The notes beneath the pieces are model-generated. The model had not been told where the DNA came from. It worked only from the letters and a program-made list of their open reading frames with translations, and did not search any database. From Eledone cirrhosa (lineage: Eukaryota): a stretch of DNA of 64,000 nucleotides. The stretch covers positions 161,696,001-161,760,000 of the forward strand of contig OZ024742.1 of assembly GCA_964016885.1 (NCBI GenBank). Reading direction: 5' to 3'. The position numbers were made by a program, and so were the translations under genes. Below, one piece after another: positions 25,218 to 38,409 of this stretch (its first letter is position 1; every line of letters starts with the position of its first letter).

Positions 25218-28047
25218 CACAAACACACACATCTGGTTTTTAATATTCCACTCTGGAAAGAGAGAAGAAAGTCAGAGAATGACATACCTTGAGAAACAGT
25301 CGTCTAGATTAGCTTCCTCTTCATCAAAGTCTTGCTGCAAAAATGAAAAATTATACAGTGAAAGCAACTTGAGTGATACACAATCACTAAACAAAAGTTT
25401 TACTTTTACAAAATAAAACATACTAGATCTTCTATAAATAATTATTCTTTTTTTCAGTTAACATTATTATGCTTTTATGTAATACTTTTTTACATTCTTT
25501 GCCCATCTCTAGCAGATTGGATTTTCCAATTTAGAGATTTTCAAAATTATTTATATCTTTATATACATTTTTAGGGGATTACAGAAACCATGTAGTGTAG
25601 GCAAACCCCCAAGAATGTCATAGAGCACTTATGAAAGGTTAGCTTCATAAATTACGTAAGTAATTCATTAATTTCTGTGGATATCTGGTTTGAAATAGAT
25701 ACAATATACCCCTGCATGTTTTAAGAGATGAACAAAAGGGTTGGTGCCAAGAAAGGCATCTTGCTGTAAAACACTGCTTTAAAAAGGACCCTATGATGAG
25801 TAATATGTCTATCATGGAGGCCTAACCCCTGCTCTAATGGAAAAATATCTTAAAGATGCTTGCTGTTTGTTGTATTGGGTTACCATAAAATTAAATGAAG
25901 GAGTTACATAAATAATTTGACTAAACAAATATAATTCTGTACTTACCAGGTTAATACAGGGTGAATTAGATGGTGGTGATAGATTCATAGGTGTAGAAGC
26001 ATCACTACTCGTAACAGAATCAGAGAGTTTACGTCGGTAAGAAGGCATCAAATCATCTTCAGGTATTTCTATAAGGTCACCAACGTACTGTAAAAAACAC
26101 AAAAAGAACAATGTATGAAATTTAGTATTAAAACTACAAATATTGTTAAAAGATAATTTTATACATGGATATGTTCATTGTTTAACATCTTAAAACTAAT
26201 TTAAATATTTTATAATTGGCTATTTATCTGATGGTAATGTAAATATATGACATTCTAAAATAAACAAACAAATTTGAATGTCTAAAAAATATCAATTACT
26301 AACAATTAGCTATGACGGTACATGGCCTTGTGGCTTAGATGTTGGATTCACAATCATATGTTCATGGGTTCAATTTCTGTGTTTTTAAGCAAGACATTTC
26401 ATGTTGCTTCTCGTGATAGGACTATTGTCCTTATCATTAAAACACCCAAGAAACTGCTTATGTGATGCAACCTTTTATGAGGCCACTTAAACATGCATAG
26501 GTGTGAACTGTAACAACATGATAGGATGAGGGCTCTTATTAAAACACCTAAGAGAATGATGATGATATGCAAGCTTGTAGGTGGCCAGCAAAACCTACAT
26601 AAGTATGAGTTATAAATTTTATTTTATTTTATATTCATTTGACATCTTTCTACTTCAATATGCTATAAATGTGCTAAATGATTTCAAGATATTAAAAGTT
26701 AAGTATAGTTTAATATATAAAAATGCTATTCTTAAAAATTGCTCATAGATAGAGTATCCTAAAAAACACAGCTTAGAGATAATGAATAAATGAATGTTTA
26801 GTAAGCTTACAATTCTATTATCTTCTTTTTCTACTTTTCGTCGTTCTTCTTGTTCTTCTTCCAACTCAAGATATTCAGCTATGCTAAATGACTGCGATAC
26901 TGTTAACGTTACATCATGAGCCTGAAATATTATTAAATATTGAATATTAGAAAATAGGCAAAAACAACAAAAATCATTTTTGAAGAAAAAACAGTTTTTA
27001 AGAGATAATCAAATAATTGTTTCTACTTTAGGCACAAGGCTAGCAATTACCCAGTGCATTACTGGTACTTTATTTTATCGACCCCGTAAGGATGAAAGGC
27101 AAAGTCAACCTCGGCGGGATTTGAACTCAGATCGTAAAGGGACGTAACTATGCTGGAAAGAGATAATCAAATAATTGTTTCTACTTTAGGCACAAGGCCA
27201 GCAATTACCCAGTGCATTACTGATACTTTATTTTATCGACCCCGTAAGGATGAAAGGCAAAGTCAACCTCGGCGGGAATGGTTTCTAATTTAGGCACAAG
27301 ATGAATTGGTAGTGTGTTGGATAAAATGTCATTGTGGTATTTGATTTGGCTCTTTACAGCCTTGAGTTCAATAAAGTAAAGTACCAGTCAATCACTAGAG
27401 TTGATTTAATCAAATATGTTGTTCTTGTGCTTAAATTAGAAATCAATTTAGGCACATCATCATCACCATTAACATCTATTTTCTATGCTGAGGCCAGACC
27501 AGTCAGGTGATTAGGCCCTGCTTTTACACTTTATTTTGGTTTGGTTTCTATGGCTGGAGGCCCTTACAAATGCTAACCATTTTACAGCATGTAGTAGGAG
27601 CATAGCTTCTATGGCTGGATGTCCTTTCTAACACCAACAACTTTACAGTACTGAGAGCATTTTATCATGACTCCAGCACTACCATCTTACAGAATGGACT
27701 GATTGCTTTTTGTCATGGTACCAGTACTACCACCTTACAAGGTGGAGTGGGTGCTTTTGTTGTGGCACTGGCACTATCTCATTACTGCCCATGGGTGCAC
27801 AAAGCCAAGAAATTAAAGGGAAAAGAAAAATCAATTAAATCGACCCCAGTACATAACTGGTAGTATTTTATTGATTCCAAAAGGATAAAAGAAAAAAAAA
27901 AAATCAACTTTGGTGGAATTTCTATACATAATTTACAACTTGGCATTTCATCTTCCCCACCAATTACTGACCTTGTGTCTAAATTAACATTAAGAAAATT
28001 TGAAAACTGAAATGTGTGTATCCCAATGCAAATGATGATAATAGTTG

Positions 28048-28086
<39 letters not shown>

Positions 28087-29955
28087 GGTTTTATCAGCTA
28101 TCATTCATAATTTGTTTACATTATCTATGGCAGTATCAGTAGAGGGTCGGACGCCATGCTTTGCAGCACAGTTACGTCCCTTTACGTACTGAGTTCAAAA
28201 CCCGCCGAGGTTAACTTTGCCTTTCATCCTTAAGGGGTCGATAAAATAAAGTACCAGTAATACACTGAGATAATTGCTGGCCTTGTGCCAAAAGTAGAAA
28301 CAATTATCTATCTCTCTTTCTATATATATGAAGTAAATACATTTCTAAAATATAATTTTTAATGTTGAATCTTTTCCATAAAACTGCCAGAGCATTAAAA
28401 TAGAGACCCCCCCCCCCAAAAAAAAAAACAAAAAAACAACAGCTTAAACAATCTAATCCCAAAGAAAATTAAATAGGCCATTTAAATATTCTTTTACTGA
28501 TTTCAGTCACTAGACTGCAGCCATGCTGGGACACTACCTTTACCCTCAAGGGATTTTATCAAACATATCATCATCCCCAGTACTTATTTTATCAATCTCT
28601 ATTTATTGAACTGTTGAGTTGCAAGGCAATAAACAAACAGCAACTGTAAACACAGACACTCATACACACATATATAGTGGATTTATGTACAAATTCTGTG
28701 AATTAAATATCATTCACAAAGCATTAATTGGCCAACCAGAGAAATTGAGCCTGAAATCAAGAGGGTGCAAAGGGAAATCCTTAACCCCACAGTCATGCAT
28801 TCAGATGGTTTCCCTAAGACACATATTTAACCCTATTTAGATTCTCCGCATATACATTTAACCTTGCTTGCATGAGAGGGCGAGTTTTTGTATCGCAAAT
28901 CGCCACAAACTAATTGAAATCAATAATTAACTCTTAAGTTAACTATAAAAGGCAGTTAGTATTATTTAAGATTACTTACAATTTTCCTTTTAGGGCAGAC
29001 ATAGACGTAACATTCCATAGTTTCATTGATTGTGTTGCGAGCAATAAATGCAAACACCCTTTCATGATGTCTATCAGCAGTACAGAATGATATCCTGTAT
29101 ATGCAAACATCCAACAACATTTCTTTGGTAACCATGTCGTACATTTTAATACCTTGTGAAGATACATTCAATGCTACTTTTTTCCATTTTTTGCCAGAAT
29201 TTTTTTCCTGTTAAAAAAATACAAAATTAAAAAATATTTAATTAAAAAAATAAACAGATGGAAATTTTATAATATTTTCCCCTGCTCAAAAACAAAGTTC
29301 TTAAAATAATTTTAATAACTTTTAATTCTAACTAAAGCTTAATCCAACCTTGATTAAGTTCTGCTTATCTGCTCTCATTTTAAATCAGAACAACTATTGT
29401 AATCATATACAAACTTTAACTACTGGTGCACATCTTTAGGATCTTATTTTCAATTATTTTATGATTTGACATTCCAAACTAACATGATTTTTCCATAAAT
29501 AAAATTTAAGCTCTATTGAATAGACAAAATTGAAACTTTAACCTAGCCCAAGATATATATATACAAAACACACATATATATATATACATACACACACAGT
29601 AATTTGTTGATTATATTTACTTTTTAAATAAATACAATAATCTTAAATTGATGATGAGTTCCATTAAAATTTTGTAGTATGTAGCTGAGACACAAAACTA
29701 AGCTGTTTGACTGCAAAACAGCTGTTAATTGCATTGATTCCAATACCTTAGTGGAATTTATATTAACTCCATAAGGATGAAAGGTAAAGGCAGCCCAAGA
29801 AGATTTGGCCACTATTGCTAACACACCAATGAGAGGGTGTTATGGTTAAGAATTGGAACAATCAATGAACATAAGATTCTCTGATAACATCAACTCACTC
29901 TGGCCAAGGCTACATTACTGAATGTGAAGCAACTTTTTAAAGAAGTAATTATGCT

Positions 29956-30014
<59 letters not shown>

Positions 30015-30895
30015 TCATCATCATCATCATCAACGTTTAACGTCCGTGTTCCACGCTTGCATGGGTTTGGACGGGGGTAGTCCCACTTGAGGCAAGAGTG
30101 ATTGTCTTGCTCGCATAGGACTGTCTGGCAGGTTTTCTACAGTTGGATGCCCTTCCTAACACCAACCACATTTACAGTGTGGGTCTGGGAGGTTTTTACC
30201 GTGTTGCCTACACGGCCACATTACAGCGTGGACTGTGTGTTTTTTTGTCGTGACACCTACACGATCTCATTTGTTTTGGCCTCGATGGCGCGGCACCAAC
30301 ATAACTTTACATAGAACGGGGTGGTGTGGATGGGGTGGTGGTGGTGGGACGGGGTGTATTTTGTTAGAGATGCCTACTGGCTGGAGTAGGTTTTACTATA
30401 TATTTAGGTAAGGCGGGTCTTCTCTGTTACTGAGTACTGCCAAAGGTCTCGGTCCAGTGACATTGTCTTGGAGAGGTGTAAGTGTGTGATGTCGGAGTTT
30501 ATCAGCTCGTCCCAGGTTTTTCTAGGTCTGCCTATTCCGTGACTACCGTCTATCTTTATTGCCCTGCACTTTGTTATACAGCTATCGACTTTCATGCGCA
30601 TCACGTGTCCATACCAACGTAGCCTTCTCTCGAGTAAACAACATCTGATCCCTCTTATCTCTAATTTTTTCCTTAGTTCGTTTATGCTTTGCCGTTCACG
30701 TATATTACTGTTACACATCCAGCGGAGCATGCAAGCTTCGTTCCTCTCTAGTCTGCGTATATCCTCTGCACACAATGCCCAGGTCTCACTGCCATGCAGC
30801 ATTGCTGTTCGTATGCAGGCATCGTACAACCTGCCTTTCATTTTTAGGGAGAACCCTTTAGCAGCTAATAGTGGTATAAGCTCTCTGAACTTTTT

Positions 30896-30931
<36 letters not shown>

Positions 30932-33900
30932 CACTGCTTACCATAGAAATAACTCGTTGGATTGCTTTTGTACTGATTCCATCACCATAACTTTCTCCTT
31001 CAGAAATTTCTTCTACTAAAGTGGAACCTAGATATTTCAGGTAAAATGTCAATCCATCATTGACGGTATCAAGGTTCTCACCCCATTTATCGTGTAATTC
31101 TGTAAGATAAAATAGAAAAATAATTAAATAGATAATTACATCACTTGAAAATCAATATAAATACACTTATAATTATAAATATACATATATGTATTAAACC
31201 TTTTGATACCAAACCACCTGAAACTGCTCCTGGTTTTACAATATAAAACTGTTTAGTTGAAATTCTTCATATTTATCTAAAAATCTTCCATCATAATTTT
31301 ATGTAAGAACCTTTGTTAAGTTCCAAACACCAACTAGGATATCTTGTAAATATATGTTTAAGGATTTCTTATAGATAATATGACATAGGCTTGTGGATGC
31401 ATACATTACAAATCTAAACACTTTAAAATAAGCAGCTTTGTGCCAAAGAATCAGGCGCAGTTTTAGGTTTGGTACCAAAAGGGTTAAAAATCTAGAGAAG
31501 AAAATTATGCAGAAAGAGAGGAATGCTTGATATGAAGAAGCAAAACCTATTCCCTGTTTACCCTCCAAACTTTATGAATGAGTAAGGAGCGAACAGAACT
31601 TGTTAATATTTCCCAAAAAGTGGGGACGGGGAGTTATTGTATAACTATCTATTTATATTTCCTTCAAATTGACTGCCTTCTTCCTCCATGAAGTAGGTCT
31701 ACTGTATATATTACTGTATATATAAAGTGTCACAACACCTTATGGAATGTAAAAAAACAAAAACAAACAAAAACCGATTTCATTAAAATCCTGGATTATC
31801 AAATACTTTAAAAACCCTTTATACTAATTTTAGGTAATTTTATTTCTGAAATGCACGATTTATTATTATACAAGAAGTTAATTAAAGTGACAATTTATGC
31901 ATGATAGGAGTGGGAGGGTGTGTGAGGAAACGAAAATCACATGATACAAATCGATCTTATAAACCTCTAAATCTAAAATTCCTTTAATTATCATTTTGAT
32001 TTGATACAGATTTACCTCAGCATTCTTATGAGTTCTTGAGTAAAATACTATTTTGATAAAACAGGCATCAAATTTTATAGTTATTGCTATTCCTGATTAC
32101 AAAATAAGCACTTGAACTCGATACCTCTTAAATGCTTTTACCATATTACAGAAAATGGGTGGCATATTTTTCTGTTAAAGTAAGAGACCCCTAACGAAAT
32201 GCATCACTTCCCCCATTCCACAAGCTGTTAATGCTTTTAATAACATTAAAATCGACATGGAAAATATTTGTCTTCATACTATAGAAGTCCGCCCGGTTTA
32301 CAATTGAGATCTACGTGTCAAACACAGTGTCACCCAGGTGTGAGAAAATTGATGCATTGTGAATAGGGAAAAAAAAAACCGCTAGATATAGTCCGAACTA
32401 GAACCTGTATTTTATAATCACACGGATCAAGACCTCGTAAAAGCTATTCATAGAAGGCATCTCATTGAATGTTGTACGTGGTGTCTAAACAGTCGATAGC
32501 TTAATATAAGTAGTAGTCCATTATGATGACAACACCCGTAAGGATGAAAGGCAAAGTTAACCTCAGCGGCATTTGAACTCAGACCATAAAGGGTCAAAGA
32601 GTTACGGCTCTTTATGGTCTGAGTTCAAATCCCGCCGATGTTAACTTTGCTTTTCATCCTTACGGGGTAGATAAAATAAAGTACCAGTAATACACTGGGA
32701 TAATTGCTGGCCTTGTGCCAAAAGTAGAAACAATTATGAAGATAACACCTGTTAAACCGTTGTTTAATGCCTCAATTCTTGCCTATGAAACTGCAAAATT
32801 TTGTAAAATAATGAAGAATTGTGCAAAGCCAGAACTACACTTTACAACTCAAAATTGGGTAATGAAAACCAATCATACAATATTCCCCTATCCTATCCTC
32901 GGTTGCCCAGTGGGACGCCCCTAGTAATTTCGATTCCATAAGTAGTAGAAAACCAGGCGATACTCATACAATATGGAAATGAGTATTGATAGTTTTAATA
33001 TCATGGAATCTTCCAGAATCTGGTTGGAGTACTTTAATTCCACCTTATCTTTCAACTGCTACTAACGAAATTTTTCATGGTCGTTTTTTTCCTTTATATA
33101 TATTGTTTTCCTGTAGCCGTGTCTAATCTGTTGGCTAAATTATCCCAGCCCGGTCCTTATAAAAAAACCCAAACATGTATAAGCATACAAAGTGATCCTT
33201 TAATAGTGGAAACTGAACTACTGGAATGTAATAATAAATTTGTTTGTCACAATGTCCAAACATCTTCAGGAGTTGGATTTACCAATTGCTGGCTCAATTC
33301 TAGGTCTTTGAGCATTAGATAATTTCTGATTACTGCTTACGATATCTAATTCTATCCATCAACGTACCCAGCTTTTGTACTTTTCTTACCTAATTTTAAT
33401 ACTTTTATTTACATAAAGCTGTCACATCATATTTCTATGTTTGCTTATAGTTGTCGAGTACTTTATTATAAATATATTTGTCTTTTATAAAATATAAAAA
33501 CATACTAGGCCTACCTATTAGAATTTTTGAAAAAATATTTCTCCCATTGAATTTTTTTTCCGAACTAATTTTTCTGGATTTCTATCAATTTTACAAAACG
33601 TTCACAATGAACTAAAATCTTAATTTCAGAATATTTAATGCTATTTTTTCAAAAATGCAAATATCTACAATTATTTAAAGCAACAATAGTAGTGTATACG
33701 TCATTTATATACCCTTCCAATATACAGTCCAACACAATTGAGATACATGGTAGTTTATGTAAATTGAAACTAAGGATTATCCAACACGAACACCAACTAA
33801 GCATGAAATTATCTGGAATTTCATAAGGGGTGGGGGAAGCAGTCAGTAAAAAAAACTCGTGACAATATCAATGACATATCGATTTCTTATACAGAAGCAG

Positions 33901-36900
33901 AAAGCTAAGATTGTAAGTAGAGAAATAATTAATGCTATTGTGTGGCGTTCATTCTGGCTTGCCAATTTATATCAACTTCAGAAATCACGAGCATTTGAAA
34001 GGTTTTAAACAAAAGTAAAAGGTATTTATTATACCAGTCAAATTAGGAACAATTTTAATTACAAGAAAACATTTTTTTTTAATTGATAAATATTATATAT
34101 ATATATATAGTTTTTAAAAATATATATTTACAGGATGTCCCAAAAATGTACACATATATTTATTAGAAGGCTGTTGAAGTGTGTATACATTTTTGGGGGA
34201 CACGCTGTATATAATTTCTATATATATAAAAAAAAAAAAAAAAATAAGGTAATTTTTTTACATTCTATCCACCCACGAGCATTGAGTGCTCGTCTAGTTG
34301 AATGTATTGAATTTTAAAAACCTATTCCAATATATTGATCATACTAGTTTTAAAATCTACATATTAACATACGTTGCAGAGAGACATCAATACATTGTTA
34401 AACAGAAATCCAATTTCTTCCAGATTAACAACAATCAAACGATATTTATTAAAACCTTCGCGTAGATCCTCTCACACACACACACATATATATATATATA
34501 TACACACACACACATATAAATATATACATATATAAGATCGATTAATTAAGCAGCTGTTTAATTAGTAGAATTAATTAAATTTAATAAGTTATAAATCCTA
34601 TCGTAATTATAATCTATTTGCTACTACTAATTTATCTTTTATTATTACCCAATGTAATGCCAAACGTTATTAACTCTTTAACTTTAGTATTTATTACATT
34701 GAGCGGAGAATTAGCAGGGTCGTGTTCGTTACGACCCTGCGCTCTGAGTTCAAAACTCGCCGAGGTCAACTTTTCCTTTGATCCTTCCGAGGTCGTTAAA
34801 AAAAAGTATTGCGGTTGAGTCCTCTTTATCAGACCTGGAGAGAGGGTGGGCTCCGCCAGGTTTAAAATGCAAAGACACAGCGAATGTCAAGACAGCGCCC
34901 CTACAACTCCATACATTTATTACATTATACATATTTTATGGGGTATTGCGAGGACAACTGCACTAAATTAGACAGATCTAAAATCTACAAAGCTAGCCAC
35001 TGATTCTAAGCTCCCACCCAACGTTACTATTATTCTCATCATTAATGAACCTGTTGGAGATTTTATTCATGTTATGTTTCTGTCTTTTGAACATACATAT
35101 ATGCCTGTTTACTATAAAAATTAAAACTATAAGTTTCTATATGTATAGATAAACGAGCAATTAAGAAGAGTAAAACAGGTAACTTTTTAACGTAATGTTC
35201 GTATAAATATGATAATTGTTTCTACTTTTGGCACAAGGCCAGCAATTATCTCAGTACATTACTGGTACTTTATTTTATCGACCCCATAAGGATGAAAGGC
35301 AAAGTTAACCTCGGCGGGATTTGAACTCAGAATGGCAAGGGCCGTAACTCTATGCGTCAAAGCATGGCGTCCGACCCTCTACCGATACTGCCAATGATAA
35401 TGAATAGTGGCGTGATGGCAATTCACCAATGACAGGCGTAGAAACCAACGCGCCAAGTCACCTCATCAACGTATTTAACACACCTTAGTAGCATAGTAGC
35501 GTTGCTATGAAATGGACTACTATAACAGTACGGCCGGCTTGTTTTAATTATAGAGAAGCGGTTAAATTAATTAGGTACATTTTTTTAACGAATAAATATT
35601 AATTTCATTGTCCTGAATATATTAAACAATAAAAAAAACCCCGCATATACAACTACTACGGAGTAGTAGTTACATGATTATCTAGTTGCTAGAAATAACA
35701 GCCATATCACATCCTAGCATTTTACAAAAAGAAAAAATACGTTGGATAATGTAGTTCTAGATATATTATGCCTAAATATATAGAAGAAGGGATGGTTACG
35801 GCTATAATGTCTTTTGATTACTTGTCTCTCGATTAAGACTAGCCACAATGATATTGTATCAGAAATATTAAATGGTTTGTTTTTTAAAAATTAAAATATA
35901 TAAAAAAACAAAAAACAAATACATTTGTATCAATAAGTTTCTGCTGAGGAAAGCTATCATCATTAGTATTCCAGTTATGAACATCTAATATATAGTATAC
36001 ATCGGCGACTACATTGTCAAATATATGATTTGAAGAATTTGGCTGTGTTTGAAGTAAGCTTCCTTAGCTTAAACGTCAAGTTAACTCAGTGATCAATCAG
36101 ACCTATGATCAAAGTAATTCTACATATGTCCGACTTTTTTTTAATGCATATCTAGGACCACATTTTATGTGTTATTCCCGTTTTGAAATAAGGAAGGTAT
36201 GATTTGGATGATATTTCTAGCAGATCGAGTGATCACGAAGATACTTCCTCTAAGATAGATGACATAATAACTGAAAAAAATAATTACTATGAGCATTCTT
36301 TATTCAATAACCTCGCCGAAATGTGTATATCTGTAATATAGAAGGGAAGTGAGTGTTGTGTCGTTCATACCTTGCCATGACGGTATAAATAAATTAGCTT
36401 CAACTAAGAATGGAAAGCAAATTGTAAAATTGGCACATCGAGAGTCTAATTCGTGCTCCACGAAGTCATACCCCAAATTATCACGAAGAGATTAAAATAG
36501 TTGAAAATGTTAACCGTATAAAATTATTTTTGTCAGTATCTTACAATTTGCAGTGACTTTTAATAAAAGAAAAATACCAAAAACCAAACGGTAGTGTCTG
36601 TGAATATGTATCCGTTTTCACTCATACAGGTGGGGCACCAATTAGGAATTCTTGTTAGCGTGAATACCCGAGAGCTTATGTAACCTATATTGCAGTCTCT
36701 TTCTTCTATAGTAATGTTTTTTTTTCTATTTGAAAACAAAATAATGTAATTACCAAATAATAGGTAATTACAGGTCAACAACTGTTAATTTCTTATGAAT
36801 GGAATCTACTTCAGAGGGATTTAAAGCAAAACGGTAAACACAAACGGATTTTGAACTTATAACTGAAGCATCGAACAGCCCGAGGTTTATTTCTATTTCT

Positions 36901-38349
36901 ATATTTTTGTCCCAGTCGACTATATCAGTCTTTACCGTTAAGTAGATACTTAAGATTTCTTACACAACTACAATATTTTGTCTTCACAGAAAAGAAATGA
37001 GATCTTGTGACGTTCATGCCCTTCTCAAGGGCATAATTAACAATGCCAGTGAATTACAATGGCTATAATAAAAAAAAATATTCACTTACACTTACTTTTA
37101 AAAGAATACATATTTCATATAAATCTCAAACAACTGAAACAATTTCACATATATAGTTAAACATCTATTTATTTATTTTAATAACTACATATAGCTTATG
37201 TTGTTTTCAGTATATTTAGATGTTTAACTGTTATACATATTTTAATTATAAGATATCAAACACTACTGTTATATTAACATTTCAATATCAATAAGTTAAA
37301 GAATTATGTATATATTAATAAAATAGAAATTGTATTGCAAAATTCAATTCATATATAACAACAGCATTGTATATGTATATTGCAAGATTTAATTTAATAT
37401 AAAAGTTTGAAATTAAAAAGTTACTAAGCTCCAAAATAAATAAATATATTTTAAAGTGAAATGAAAATTTTTTTTTAATAAATGACAAGTTAGAAAGCAG
37501 CGATTGTCGGCTTCCGAGTTCAATTTAAGAAAAGTAATTGATATTAGAGAGAAGATATAGAGAGAGAGTAGGAGGGGTAGAGAAAGAGAGGGTATATGCT
37601 TCAACGTTGTCAGCCGATCACGCCACTTGGGTTCTCCTGCATAAGTAGCATCGGCTGATGTTGCGGCTGAAACGTTCTTCCTCATAGCCAGTCACTCCAC
37701 CATCATCACCCTCTGTATATCAGACAACATTCCAGTTAAATAACTCAACCACACCTCGTTAAGTCGGCTATATCAAGACTAAAAAAGATTTACTATAAAA
37801 ATTATTGGGGAGGGGGAGGTCTGGATGGAATTATACATTTCTATCATAGTTTTTTTTCCTAGTAAATAAAATAACAAAGCAATAGTTGACGGGAGATAAA
37901 ATTAGCACTGGCTACAAGCCAATGTAATGTATTCACCAGATATATGCATATTTATTATAACATGTATACATGTATTATTGCATACATATTTTGCAGTAAC
38001 ACTTTTTTTTGTTTCATCAGTTTCAATATTTAAACAATCTACGTTATAGAGACCCCGAACCCCCAAATTAAGATGTTTACTGCTAGGTTAGCCCCGACCA
38101 ACTAGATATGATTCAAATATGTTCAACCGTAACCGCCGAGTCTTTTGTTCCTCCTAGATGTAATGTAATCATCTAGGTGTTAGTAAAATAGAAAACAATC
38201 GGACTAAGACGAGTATGGTGCGATTTCAGGAAGATTTGGCTGCTCTTTTTAACATGGGAGAAAACCGGCATCAGCAACAATGTCGATATATATATATATC
38301 ATCAGATAACGTTTGTTTTCCCTGATAGCAAGGGTTGTGTGATTGTATG

Positions 38350-38409
<60 letters not shown>

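Noticed and set aside
32890-32926. Helitron-like 3' end (GC-rich, then CTAGT)
   Set aside because: The hairpin is weak and no 5' end or second copy supports it.
36371-36378. Minus-strand ATG GCA AG|GTATGA mini-exon as an alternative LDLRAP1 start
   Set aside because: Phase 2, incompatible with the phase-1 acceptor of exon 2.
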